A DNA stretch of 64,000 bases from the IMG/VR virus record IMGVR_UViG_2744054422_000002, positions 29,022 through 93,021 of that record; one strand, 5' to 3'. The position numbers and the translations under genes were made by a program. Below are positions 29,499-39,033 of the stretch, one piece after another. The notes under the pieces are model-generated. The model was not told the DNA's origin. It did not search any database and saw only the letters and a list, made by a program, of their open reading frames with translations. Source of the DNA: a virus (Duplodnaviria; Caudoviricetes). The number at the start of each line of letters is the position of its first letter. Positions within the stretch are counted from its first letter, which is position 1.

Positions 29499-30230
29499 GA
29501 AGTGCCGCATCACGGCAACCCCAGCTCGCTCGGGATCGGGTGACCGCCTCCACGGATTCCGGCCGTCGCCCAACAGTTGCTCCGCCGCCTGGTGGCCAGC
29601 GGTCTCCGTGGGCTTATCGATCCAGTCGCCGGTCAACTGGCCGCGCACCCCGTCGTCGAACCTCTTCCACTGGGTTTTCACTCCAGTCCGCCACAACCGC
29701 ATTTCCTGCACCTCGTCACTGCGGCGATGGAACGATGCAAAGTTGTCGCGGTGAAAACGTGCCGGAAATAGCGCTCCGAAGGCGGCGAAAAAGACGCGAA
29801 CGGCATCGACCCGCGCCGGGTCTTCGGGGCGCATGAGTCGGATGTCTGCGATCTGTTCGGACAGGTCTTGCACCCTGTCGGCGACGTCGTCGAGGCCGCG
29901 GCCGTTGAAGGGATCAAGCAGGCTCGCCACGAAGCTGGCAACCCCGGCCGCGGCCCGGGCGCGGACTAGTTCGGTCTCTCGGAACTCGGCCTGGGTCCTG
30001 GTCAGGTAGTCCAGCCCCACGAGCGCGAAGGGCACACCGAAGCAGGCACCAGTCAGGCCCGAAAAGAGGTTCAGGAGGTAGCCGTGGCGCGGCCACCAGT
30101 TGACGGTGTCGAGCCACACGCCAAGCCCGATGAGGGCGAGCCCGACAGGAATGCCGACGGATATGACGATGCGGGTAGTCCGCGGTTGTGTTCTCAGCCA
30201 GTTACCCGTCCGCGTGATCAGTTGCGGCAC
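29439..30230 (-). CDS. Two-TM membrane protein, hypothetical
   Basis: Two N-terminal hydrophobic helices followed by a helical soluble domain. Confidence 0.7.
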   Translation of the reverse strand: MPQLITRTGNWLRTQPRTTRIVISVGIPVGLALIGLGVWLDTVNWWPRHGYLLNLFSGLTGACFGVPFALVGLDYLTRTQAEFRETELVRARAAAGVASFVASLLDPFNGRGLDDVADRVQDLSEQIADIRLMRPEDPARVDAVRVFFAAFGALFPARFHRDNFASFHRRSDEVQEMRLWRTGVKTQWKRFDDGVRGQLTGDWIDKPTETAGHQAAEQLLGDGRNPWRRSPDPERAGVAVMRHFLSDLKALCEAAKAMEAHTR

Positions 30231-30461
30231 AGCCCCCCCCTAACTCGTTTGCACTACGCGGACGTTAGCGCACGCTCAGAAGTCGCGGGTCGACGATCTC
30301 CAGGAGCCGTCGCAACACGCGAGGACGCGGGGCGGCGGCCGTGCGGCTTGAAGTCGGAGCCACGGGGGCCGCCCACACCCGTCACTTCCCGATCCTCCGC
30401 CCGTAGGCGGCCGCTGCGGCCGCTCGCCGGCCCGCGCAGCCACCCCGCCGGATCCGGAGAT

Positions 30462-31493
30462 TTAGAACACGCCTTGGCACTGCTCCGGCGACCGCATGCC
30501 GTGAGTACAGGCCCAGCGGATGACGTTGATGACTTTGATCGAGACCCGCTGTGCATGCGAGCCGGACCCGTCGGGCGGTCCCCCGTCGGTGACGAGAGGC
30601 TTGGTGTTGAGTTTTGCCTGGTGTTGCTGGTTGTCGTCCGTCGTGAATTCAGCCTTCAGATCCCATGTACAGCGCTTGCCCGCGTCAGCAGTACCCAGGA
30701 CGCTGAGCGTCTGAGCATCCGCCCCTCCACCGAGCGTGATCGTGTGGTGAGCGAAGTAAGGCTGACCCCAATTCGGCGAGTCCACGTCCGAAACATCCAG
30801 CAGCTCCCGCTCCCTTCCGAGCCGGAAGGCGACGGCACTGATTGTCATCTCACCTTCGGCCTTACTGTCGACTGCAGCAATCATTTCAGACCTGTCACAT
30901 CTGATGTTCACCGCCTCAATAGCAGTTACCGTGATCATGGCGTCGCTGTCGCTGACGAGATCTACGAGGTAGACCTGCCCTGACCCGCCTGGATCGGTGT
31001 AGCCCACTGACAGATCTACAGCGGGTGTGCCGCCCTTCACGCTGTCGGCCGAGCTGTACTCGCCGCTCTGAAATCCTTTGATCTGACGGGGGCTCAATTT
31101 TTTCCGGTAAAAGGTTTCGTACGGAGCGCGGTAGTAATCGCTCTTCATGGGCCGGATCGAGGCGTGAATGAAGCCCTTCTCCGCATTCAACTCGTCATGG
31201 AGGTTTTCGGCGTGCCGCTCCGTCCGTTCAGCGGTGCACTGCCCCCAAAGGAATTCGGTGGTGAGGGTCAAAACGACGATGAAGGCGGCCTTGCTCAGGG
31301 AGATTCCCCAACGCGCGATCCGTCGTCTTCTCGGTGTGCCGCTTGAGTCCGGGTCGAGCGTGTTCACTACGAACCGTAACTCCCGCCTGAGCCAGAGCCG
31401 TAGCCGCTCCCTGCGGCTCGGTCCAGTCGGCTGCGGTCCTGGCTGCGGGTTCGGCTGTGGCTGCGGGTTCGGCTGCGACGACGTAGTACTCAC
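30462..31493 (-). CDS. Membrane-anchored hypothetical protein
   Basis: PQPNPQP N-terminus, single TM segment, beta-rich C-terminal domain; lower GC. Confidence 0.65.
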   Translation of the reverse strand: MSTTSSQPNPQPQPNPQPGPQPTGPSRRERLRLWLRRELRFVVNTLDPDSSGTPRRRRIARWGISLSKAAFIVVLTLTTEFLWGQCTAERTERHAENLHDELNAEKGFIHASIRPMKSDYYRAPYETFYRKKLSPRQIKGFQSGEYSSADSVKGGTPAVDLSVGYTDPGGSGQVYLVDLVSDSDAMITVTAIEAVNIRCDRSEMIAAVDSKAEGEMTISAVAFRLGRERELLDVSDVDSPNWGQPYFAHHTITLGGGADAQTLSVLGTADAGKRCTWDLKAEFTTDDNQQHQAKLNTKPLVTDGGPPDGSGSHAQRVSIKVINVIRWACTHGMRSPEQCQGVF

Positions 31494-31578
31494 GGATACC
31501 CCCGATGTGTGGCGACGTGGAGCCTAGCCAGACATCCAGCGCCCATCGTGACCTTTACAGAATCTCCCTTCTCCCAGT

Positions 31579-33171
31579 TCACACCCCGATCCGCCGCCCA
31601 TACGCGGCTGCCGCGCCGCTCCCCGGCCCAGCCCGGCCGGTCTGGCCCGGCTGCGGGGCCCGCGGGAGCGGCGGGTGAACGATGGCACCCTTGTTGGCCT
31701 CGGGGATCAGGCCGTACACGAGGATGCACGAGGCGTCGATCCGGCCCGGCGAGTTCGGGTCGGTCGACATCCACGTCGCCCACTCGTTCTCCAGGTCGGT
31801 GAACATGCCGCGCAGCCGGACCCGGTCCTGCACCATCTGCTGGGCGATCGGCTCGGCGCGCAGCAGCTTGCCCTGCTTCGCGAACACCATGTCGATGCCC
31901 GGCATGAGGACGTTCTTCGGGATGACCCCCTCGCGCTGGAGCGTCTCCCACGACGTGCGGATGGCCAGCACGCACATGTCGCGGCCGTAGTTGGCCTCGA
32001 CGTAGATCACGGCCGCGTTCGTCTCGTACGCGAGCAGGCAGGCCGCGGTGGACCACTCGGCCGACGACATCGCAGCCGACCGGTCGTGCGTGACCCAGAC
32101 CCGGCTGTCGTCGCCGACGAAGCCGCCGATGACGCCGGCGACGTCCCGGCCGCCACCAGACGGGTCGACCGACACGGCGATCTTCTGCGGCTCGACGACC
32201 GTGACCGCGTCACGGATGAGGCGCAGCAGGTCGCGGGAGACCAGGGCTCCTTCGGCGGGCTGCGGGTCGCCCTGCGCCATGGAGTGCCAGTCGCGGACGC
32301 TGGACGTCTTCTTGACGTCCGCCCACCAGGCGAACAGCGCCCGCCGGTTCTTCGTGCGGATCTTCGGGTGCGGCAGCGGGTCGCCGTCCTCACGGCCGAG
32401 CGGGTCGGGCCCGAACTTGCTCGGGTTGGCGATCGCCGGGAGGTGGACGACCTTCCACCGGCCGCCGTCCTCCAGCCGGCCTTCCTCCTCCAGCCGCCTG
32501 CCGCAGAAGTCATCGGGGTGCCAGCGCGTTTGGGCCACGACGACCGCGTTCCGGTCGGGCTGCAGTCGCTTGAGGGCGGCCGATGACCACCAGTCATGTA
32601 CGTGCTCGCGCTGTCGGGGTGACTCGGCGTCGGCGCGATCTTTGTGTGGGTCGTCGACGACCAGCACGTTCACGTCGAAGCCGGTCAGGCCCGAGCCGAT
32701 CGACACCGAGCGGACGCCGCCGCCCGCGGTGGTGTCGTAGTCCTGCGCGGCCGATGAGCCGGCGAGGAGCGCCAGGTCGTACTCGTCGCCGTAGTCGGTG
32801 ATGTACCGGCGGATCGTCTTGCCCCGGCGCATGGCGAGGTCATCGGAGTACGAGGTGACGGCGACGCGGTCCTCACCGTGCAGGCACAGCCACCAGAACG
32901 GGAACCACTCGGCCGCCAGGGACGACTTCCCGACCTGGGACGGCGTCCAGACCATCAGCCGGTCGTACTCGCCCTTCTCCAGGCCGACGAGGGCCTCGGC
33001 GATGACCCGCAGGTGCGGGCGCACGCGGTACACCCTCTCCAGTCCCCGGGCCAGCGTGACCGGGTCGCACAGGAGATCCCGCGCCATCGCCTTCTTCGCA
33101 GCCTGGAGCCGCTGGTACACCTCGGCGTCGTCGAGGTGCGCCAGCTCATCGACGTTCTGCGGCTTGCTCAC
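31579..33171 (-). CDS. Terminase large subunit
   Basis: PSQVGKS Walker A, VVDDPHKD Walker B, QTRWHPDD, VSVDPSGG nuclease motif and SPGRIDA. Confidence 0.95.
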   Translation of the reverse strand: MSKPQNVDELAHLDDAEVYQRLQAAKKAMARDLLCDPVTLARGLERVYRVRPHLRVIAEALVGLEKGEYDRLMVWTPSQVGKSSLAAEWFPFWWLCLHGEDRVAVTSYSDDLAMRRGKTIRRYITDYGDEYDLALLAGSSAAQDYDTTAGGGVRSVSIGSGLTGFDVNVLVVDDPHKDRADAESPRQREHVHDWWSSAALKRLQPDRNAVVVAQTRWHPDDFCGRRLEEEGRLEDGGRWKVVHLPAIANPSKFGPDPLGREDGDPLPHPKIRTKNRRALFAWWADVKKTSSVRDWHSMAQGDPQPAEGALVSRDLLRLIRDAVTVVEPQKIAVSVDPSGGGRDVAGVIGGFVGDDSRVWVTHDRSAAMSSAEWSTAACLLAYETNAAVIYVEANYGRDMCVLAIRTSWETLQREGVIPKNVLMPGIDMVFAKQGKLLRAEPIAQQMVQDRVRLRGMFTDLENEWATWMSTDPNSPGRIDASCILVYGLIPEANKGAIVHPPLPRAPQPGQTGRAGPGSGAAAAYGRRIGV

Positions 33172-33803
33172 TCCTCGGTGTCGTCCTCGCCGCCAGGGTC
33201 GGGCAGACCGTCGTCGTCCTCGTCGTCGGCTCCGTCCAGCGCCCTGGTACGCCGCTGCACGGCGGCGGCGAGGTCAGCCAGCCGTACGCGCCGCTGCTCC
33301 GCGGGCATCTGGGCGAACTCGGCGAGCTGCACGGCGAGCGGGTTCCCGCCCGGGCCGGTGACCGCGATCGTGGCCGCCGGGTCGCCGAACAGGACGCGCC
33401 GGTGCCTCATGGCGACGTCGAGCAGGCGGATGAAGTCGCCCACGGTCATCTTCTGCGCGTCGAGCGTGCCCAGGCGCTGCGCCAGCTTGCCGACGGCCGC
33501 GCCCAGGATCCTCGCGTCGCTCTCGGCGGCTTTCCGGCGCTCCTCGACCCATCCGGCCTCGTAGAGCCGGTCCAGGTGCCGGTCCCACGCCTCGGCTCGC
33601 TCACGCCACCGGAAGCGGGCCGCCGCCTTCCGGACGGTGACCGCGTGGAGCTGTAGCCCGTCCGCAGCCTTCTGTAGGGTCCGTGTCCGGCCGAGGTCAC
33701 GGTAAGTGATGAACTGGCCGTGTTTGCGGGCGGTCTCGTCGGGTTGCTGCTCCCATGGGTCGAGGGTCGTACTGAGCGTGATCGGGGGCTGGTTGGCGGT
33801 CAT
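33168..33803 (-). CDS. Terminase small subunit (probable)
   Basis: ATG 33803; PWEQQPDET...FITYRDLG..R...WRERAEAWD motif; overlaps terL start. Confidence 0.75.
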   Translation of the reverse strand: MTANQPPITLSTTLDPWEQQPDETARKHGQFITYRDLGRTRTLQKAADGLQLHAVTVRKAAARFRWRERAEAWDRHLDRLYEAGWVEERRKAAESDARILGAAVGKLAQRLGTLDAQKMTVGDFIRLLDVAMRHRRVLFGDPAATIAVTGPGGNPLAVQLAEFAQMPAEQRRVRLADLAAAVQRRTRALDGADDEDDDGLPDPGGEDDTEE

Positions 33804-33808
33804 GGCGG

Positions 33809-34705
33809 TCAGGCCGGGATGTCGAGGTACTGGCGGGCCCACAGTTCGAGGGCCTTGTGGCGGTGCTCGGCGGGGATGTCGCCACGGGCTACAGCCTGCT
33901 GTAGTGCCTTTTCGACGGTGGCGGCTGCCTTGGTGGGCATGGCGTCGGTGTGGAACAGGGTGGTGAGGGGAGCCATGCCGTGGTGGCGGGGTTCGCCTGT
34001 GTCCTGGTCGAACCAGCCGTCGGTGAGTTCGGGGGCGTGGGCTTTGAAGGACTCCAGGATGATGCCGAGGGCTGTGGCGACGTTGGTGACGTCGTAGCTC
34101 TTGGAGGCGAGGTCGAGGGCGCCCATGGTCTGGTCGTACTGGCGTAGGGCGGCGACCCATACGGCGTCGGAGGAGGCGGCGAGGCCGAGGGCGTCGCGGA
34201 GGACGTCTTGGGCTTCCTTGAGGTCGTCGGGGAGGAACACGATCGCGAGGGTCTGGAAGGTGAGGTTGGCTTCGCCGAGTGAGGGGCTGTCGAGGTCGGC
34301 GAGGAGTTCGAGGGTGGCGTCGTCGATGCCGGCGTACTGGCGGAGGTCGATCTCGTCGATCTTCTCGTAGATCGTCTTGAGGATGGCGAGGTCGTCTTCG
34401 CCCGCGATGGCGTTGTGGCTGACCTGGAGGGCGAGGCGCTTGCTCTCGGTAAGGCGGTCGCTGGTCTCCAGCCAGAAGATCTCTTCGAGTCCGGCTTCCA
34501 CGGCGGCTTTCACGCGGTGGTTGCCGGACAGGATGTGGCGTACGCCGGTGTCGACGTCGTGCCACACGAACGGCGTGGAGGTGAGGGTCTCGTCTTCGCG
34601 GAGGTTCGAGACGAGCTGCTGGTACTGCTCGTGCCGCATGTAACGGGCGTTGAGTTCCAGGGACTTGAGCGTCTTCGGGTCGCCCTTGGCGATGTCGACC
34701 TTCAC
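33809..34705 (-). CDS. ParB/Srx-like nuclease-domain protein of the DNA-modification locus
   Basis: GTG 34705 coupled to the upstream stop; NARYM...LVSNL...ILSGNHRVKAA...SHNAIAGEDD. Confidence 0.85.
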   Translation of the reverse strand: MKVDIAKGDPKTLKSLELNARYMRHEQYQQLVSNLREDETLTSTPFVWHDVDTGVRHILSGNHRVKAAVEAGLEEIFWLETSDRLTESKRLALQVSHNAIAGEDDLAILKTIYEKIDEIDLRQYAGIDDATLELLADLDSPSLGEANLTFQTLAIVFLPDDLKEAQDVLRDALGLAASSDAVWVAALRQYDQTMGALDLASKSYDVTNVATALGIILESFKAHAPELTDGWFDQDTGEPRHHGMAPLTTLFHTDAMPTKAAATVEKALQQAVARGDIPAEHRHKALELWARQYLDIPA

Positions 34706-36114
34706 TTCTTCACATCCTTGCCGTATCGCTTCTTCCACTCGGCGAGCACGTCGGCGAGCGGCTTCCCGGAGAAGGGGGCCCCGTACTGGAGTTGGAACTG
34801 CTGGGCGTAGTACGAGTCGTTCGCGTCGATGCCCTTGGCCCAGTCCTCTTTGAGGACGTCCTTCTGATCGCGCTTCAGCAGGCGTAGGACGCCGCGGTAC
34901 TTCATCGACACCGGCCGCTTCGTGAACGCCGTGGTGGCGAGGGACTGGTAGCGCCGGTGGCCGTGCCGCCACGCGAGGAACTGGGCTTCGCGGCTGATCG
35001 CGGCCATGACGATCAGCTTGCTGAGCTTCGCGTACCGGCTCGTGGACACCGGGAAGTCCGACAGCATGTAGACCGTGGGCTGCTGCGGGAGGTGCGCGCC
35101 CCAGTTCCCGAGGGTCGGAGCCCAGGAGTAGGCGAACACGCCGACGAGCTTCTGGTCGACGAGGACGGCCATGGCGAGCGATTCAGAGCCGGGCCGGATG
35201 TTCGCGTTCATGTACGCCGAGCGGAGCGCCGCGAACTGGCCGGAGGTGAGGACGGCGAGGCTGATGCTGTCGCCGATCTCCTCGCCGGACAGGTGGGGGC
35301 CGGGCCAGGCTTCGGTGTGCTGGCGGGGCTCGACCAGGCGCATCGGTCCGGAGTTGGCGTAGACGTAGATCGGGATGCCGCGGTTCGTGGTCCTCGTCCG
35401 GCCGCGCAAGTAGGCGGCCATCTCCGGCACTTCTTCGTTGGTGCCGAGGAGCCAATGTTCCCGGTCGGTGATCCGCCCGATCAGGTACTCCAGCTCAGGG
35501 TCTTCCATGATCGTGAAGTCGGGCGGCGTCCACTCGAACATCTCCTCCAGCTTCGCGAAGTCGCGGACGAACGCGGCGCCCGCGCCGTGGAACGGCGGGT
35601 ACGAGATGACGCCGGCGCCCTCGGGGATCTTGTCGACCCACGTCAGGGCGTCCTCGGCTGCGTACGACGCGAGCTTGAGCGTCTCCTGCGCCGCGGTGAC
35701 CTTGGCGACGGTCTTGGTGTGCAGGTCGGGCCACTGCTGCTCGTACGCGCGGCGCATCTTCGCCCAGTACGGGTTGGACTCCTTCTTTCCCATGAGGGGG
35801 GCGAGGCGCGTGCACAACAGCATCGTCGCGAGCTGCTGTTCGGGGGTGTCGTGGTGCTCGGTGATCCACGGGAACTCGGCGACGGCCGGTTCGGTGAGCA
35901 CGAGCGGCATCGGGTCGGCTGCGTAGTACCGGCCGATTGCCGTGGAGTACATCAGCACGTCGCACGAGTGCAGGCGCTTGCCGAGGGAGGCGATGGTCTT
36001 CTCGACGGTGAAGTTCCCGCAGCAGACGTTGTAGACGTCGGTGACGTCGGTCCACAGGGAGACGTGCTCGCGGACGATGCGGCACATGTCGGATGGGATC
36101 GAGCCGTGGAACAC
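34702..36114 (-). CDS. Adenine-MTase-like (Rossmann) + GNAT/Mom-like fusion, putative anti-restriction DNA-modification enzyme
   Basis: N-terminal FHGSIP, NVCCGNFTVE (motif I-like) and ISYPPF (motif IV-like); C-terminal AVLVDQKLVGVFAY..VYMLSDF..YAKLSKLIV..LATTAFT..SMKYRG GNAT-like pattern; adjacent to ParB and terminase. Confidence 0.75.
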   Translation of the reverse strand: MFHGSIPSDMCRIVREHVSLWTDVTDVYNVCCGNFTVEKTIASLGKRLHSCDVLMYSTAIGRYYAADPMPLVLTEPAVAEFPWITEHHDTPEQQLATMLLCTRLAPLMGKKESNPYWAKMRRAYEQQWPDLHTKTVAKVTAAQETLKLASYAAEDALTWVDKIPEGAGVISYPPFHGAGAAFVRDFAKLEEMFEWTPPDFTIMEDPELEYLIGRITDREHWLLGTNEEVPEMAAYLRGRTRTTNRGIPIYVYANSGPMRLVEPRQHTEAWPGPHLSGEEIGDSISLAVLTSGQFAALRSAYMNANIRPGSESLAMAVLVDQKLVGVFAYSWAPTLGNWGAHLPQQPTVYMLSDFPVSTSRYAKLSKLIVMAAISREAQFLAWRHGHRRYQSLATTAFTKRPVSMKYRGVLRLLKRDQKDVLKEDWAKGIDANDSYYAQQFQLQYGAPFSGKPLADVLAEWKKRYGKDVKK

Positions 36115-36212
36115 GGGGCGGCTCCGGAGGCGGTCGGCGATCAAGACGGGCGCAGATGGTAGCCGAACGGGCTTTCCAAACATTCCGCCGCGTTTGCGCT
36201 GGTCGCATGACT

Positions 36213-36246
36213 GAGGCCCTCACCCCAGGGAAGGGGCGAGGGCCTC
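36213..36246 (-). terminator. Hairpin immediately 3' of the tRNA
   Basis: GAGGCCCTCGCCCC-loop-GGGGTGAGGGCCTC 14-bp stem with one G-U pair. Confidence 0.6.
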
Positions 36247-36248
36247 GG

Positions 36249-36322
36249 TGGAGCGCCGGCCAGGACTTGCACCTGGACCTCCCGACCGGAAGTCAGGCGT
36301 GCTGCAATTGCACCACCAGCGC
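36249..36322 (-). tRNA. tRNA-Gly(UCC), atypical D- and T-loops
   Basis: GCGCTGG TG GTGC AATTGCA GCAC G CCTGA CTTCCGG TCGGG AGGT CCAGG TGCAAGT CCTGG CCGGCGC T CCA: full cloverleaf, anticodon TCC, U73, encoded CCA. Confidence 0.9.
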
Positions 36323-36373
36323 ATTTACCGGGCGCACCGCCACTCGGAACATCCGGCAAAAGCTGACATTACC

Positions 36374-36970
36374 TCACTTATCTTCGTGAAACGCTTCCTC
36401 GCTGGAGACAACTTCGGCGGCGATGAGTTTCATGACGGCGATCCCACTCATGACCCCCACGCTGCCCATGCCCGCATAGACAAGCATCATCGCCCAACCC
36501 TGCAGGTCGAGCAGCATGACGAACACATACCCCAGAACCCACGTTGTGGTGGCGAAGGAGGTAATCACCAAAAGGCCCCGGCGGTAGATAGCGGGGCGGC
36601 TCCTGGCCGACTCCGGGCTGACGACGCGCGCGGTCGCGACGGCCCCGAAAATCGCGAGCTGTAGGGCGAACCACATACCCTTGACGAACTTGGTGATCCA
36701 CAGCCCGTTGCCGCGGAGGATGTACCAGAGGTCCGACTTCCACTTCTTGTAGAGGGCGTCGCGGACGGGCTCGGGCGTGACCACGCGTGCGATCTGGAGG
36801 ACGAGGAAGGGGATCCGCAGCGTGACCGCCTTCGTCAGCGCCATCGTCACCTCGTAGATGACGGCAGCGATGCCAGCGGCGATGAGCGCGACGGTCCAGC
36901 CGTCGACGTCGTGGCCGATGAACGTGAAACCGTGTTCGGCGACGCCGCCGCTGGCCGAGAGGATGTTCAC
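36374..36970 (-). CDS. Membrane protein paired with PadR
   Basis: Several TM helices; directly follows the PadR gene. Confidence 0.7.
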   Translation of the reverse strand: MNILSASGGVAEHGFTFIGHDVDGWTVALIAAGIAAVIYEVTMALTKAVTLRIPFLVLQIARVVTPEPVRDALYKKWKSDLWYILRGNGLWITKFVKGMWFALQLAIFGAVATARVVSPESARSRPAIYRRGLLVITSFATTTWVLGYVFVMLLDLQGWAMMLVYAGMGSVGVMSGIAVMKLIAAEVVSSEEAFHEDK

Positions 36971-36975
36971 GGTGC

Positions 36976-37380
36976 TCAGATCCCCCTCGCGGCGGGGCGG
37001 AGCCCGTTGAGCTTCGCAGGGAAGCAGCCCAGGGCGCGGGCGGCTCGGTTGGCCTGGGGCTTCAGCTTCCATCCGGGGGACGACGCTGGCGGGCGGACGC
37101 TGTCGCTGAGTTCGACGAGGGCGAGGTGGGCTTCGCGGGCGCCGATGTCCGTCATCTCGTAGTAGTGGCGAGCGGGGCGCTTCTCCTTGCTCGGGTCGAT
37201 GTCCTCTTCCTCGCAGGTCACCCAGCCTGCCTTTTCCAGGCGGGCGAGGGCCGGGTACAGCGAGCCGCTGCCGACGTGGGCAGCTTCCGAGAGTTCCGTG
37301 GCGTAGAAGATGCGGTCCGGATCTTCAAGGAAGGTCTGGAGCATCCTCACCATCGCCGGGGTGAGGTTCTTCTGGTCCAT
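36976..37380 (-). CDS. PadR-family transcriptional regulator
   Basis: YATELSE...GSGSLYPALARLEKAGWV...RPARHYYEMT. Confidence 0.85.
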   Translation of the reverse strand: MDQKNLTPAMVRMLQTFLEDPDRIFYATELSEAAHVGSGSLYPALARLEKAGWVTCEEEDIDPSKEKRPARHYYEMTDIGAREAHLALVELSDSVRPPASSPGWKLKPQANRAARALGCFPAKLNGLRPAARGI

Positions 37381-37560
37381 GCCCCAAGAGTACACCTCGC
37401 TCAAGTCCTGACTGAGGTCTTACCTGCTTAATCAACACCCGACTGAGGGTCTCTTAGCGTGGGGAGCGAGGTGGATTCGAGGCGTGACCTGCGTGGATAC
37501 GCCTATGGCCGCCTCGCGGCGGCCACGTGGAGAGGAGGAGGGCGGAGGGGGCTGAGCGAC

Positions 37561-38214
37561 TTAGACCGGCATGAGGGCCTCGAACAGTCCGGGCTGGACC
37601 GGGGTCGAGGCTGGTGCGGGCTCGCGGGCTACGCGGTGGGCGAGGTGCTCGACGAGCGTCCACCGCGCCCAGTCCGGCCAGCCGATACGCCCGGATCGGT
37701 CGAGGATCAGCAGGTCCGCGCAGGTGTCGTGCATGGTGCCGTCGAGGATCAGCCACACCTCGCACTTCGGGGAGCCGACCGCGGCGACCATGGCGAGCTG
37801 GTGGATGTCGCCCCAACTGGGGTGCAGGCCGCCGGGCTGGACCCACGTCCAGGTGCCGGGCTGGATGTCGCCGGGGCCGGTCGGGGTGTGCCGGTAGGGC
37901 GGGCGCTGCCGTGCCCGCCGGGACGGCTTGGGCGGGTAGGAGTGGCTCGGCGGGTAGTGAGGGTGCGCCTCCCGGTAGGCGCGCACGTCGGCCGCCTGCC
38001 GCTGGACGACGTCGAGGTCGGTGTAACAGCGCTCTCCCGGGTGCCAGCGCCGGGCGCCCCGCTTCTCCCAGTAGGTGCCCTGGCCGCAGGAGCACCGGCC
38101 GGGGCCGAGGTAGTCGCCGGCGAACGCGCACGGCCAGGGGGTGGAGCAGGAGCGGCACGTCCAGCCGTTGGCAATGCCCGGGAGGTGGGTGTCGGGCAGA
38201 CGGATCGGGCGCAT
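37561..38214 (-). CDS. Hypothetical Cys-containing phage protein, C-terminal QPGLF
   Basis: ATG 38214 with RBS GAGAGGA; WTCRSC..PWPC motif. Confidence 0.65.
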   Translation of the reverse strand: MRPIRLPDTHLPGIANGWTCRSCSTPWPCAFAGDYLGPGRCSCGQGTYWEKRGARRWHPGERCYTDLDVVQRQAADVRAYREAHPHYPPSHSYPPKPSRRARQRPPYRHTPTGPGDIQPGTWTWVQPGGLHPSWGDIHQLAMVAAVGSPKCEVWLILDGTMHDTCADLLILDRSGRIGWPDWARWTLVEHLAHRVAREPAPASTPVQPGLFEALMPV

Positions 38215-38281
38215 CGGGTTCCTCTCGCTCGCGGGTGAGGCCCGGGACGGTGTCCCGGGCCTCGCTGGCGTCTGCTGCCGG

Positions 38282-38947
38282 TCAGTTCTTGCCGACCGAG
38301 CACGGGTGGCAGACCGCCAGGGCCTCCCGGGCGTAGACCAGGGCCTGCGGCTTGTTCTCGAACCTGGCCGCGTCCTCCGGGTCGCAGCCGCACCGATCAT
38401 GGAGCACGCCGATCGTGGTGGTGCGCAGGGTGACCTTGCCGTCCGAGCCGCTCTCGCGGATCTCGTACGGCTTGCCGCCGTCGATGTCGCGCACGTGGTA
38501 CCTGGCCGGGCCGTCGTCGGTGGGCTCGGTGCGGGTCAGGATGCCGATCGCGCTCGGGGCGAGGACGAGGGTGACGCTGCTGGTGACCTCCACCGCGTAC
38601 GGGGGGACGGCTTCCAGGCCGAGGACCTGTACCCGCCGCCTGGCGACCTCGGTCGCCTGGAGGCGGCGCAGGCGGGCGATCTCCAGGAAGGCCAGGCCGA
38701 CCGCGGTCCGTCGGTTGCCACCCGTGCCCCAGGCTTGCCGGTTACCGTCCACGTCCCGTACTTCCCAACCGTCCTCGATCCGGTAGACAGCCATCAGCCA
38801 GTCGGTGACGTTGGTGTGCGCCGGGGTGTCCTCGGGGAACGAGCCGGGGACAGTGAACAGGTATCCGTTGCGGCCGAACGGCAGGTGCTCCGCGAAGCGG
38901 TCCGGGCCGTACGGGGCGAACTGGACGTCGGGCGTGGTCTCGTTCAT
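38282..38947 (-). CDS. Hypothetical protein
   Basis: ATG 38947 with RBS GAGAGGA; C-terminal HDRCGC...CHPC. Confidence 0.65.
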   Translation of the reverse strand: MNETTPDVQFAPYGPDRFAEHLPFGRNGYLFTVPGSFPEDTPAHTNVTDWLMAVYRIEDGWEVRDVDGNRQAWGTGGNRRTAVGLAFLEIARLRRLQATEVARRRVQVLGLEAVPPYAVEVTSSVTLVLAPSAIGILTRTEPTDDGPARYHVRDIDGGKPYEIRESGSDGKVTLRTTTIGVLHDRCGCDPEDAARFENKPQALVYAREALAVCHPCSVGKN

Positions 38948-39033
38948 GGCGTTCCTCTCGGGTCCGAGCTGGTTGGATGGAGGGGAGGCCGGGGAGCGCT
39001 GCATGCTCCCCGGCCTCGCCGGTGGCTGGCGGG

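Noticed and set aside
31420-31480. PQPNPQ-encoding tandem repeats
   Set aside because: Ordinary low-complexity N-terminal linker.
36249-36322. tRNA as an attB/attL integration-site remnant
   Set aside because: It is full length, internal to the phage gene order, has no duplicated 3' end and no integrase nearby.
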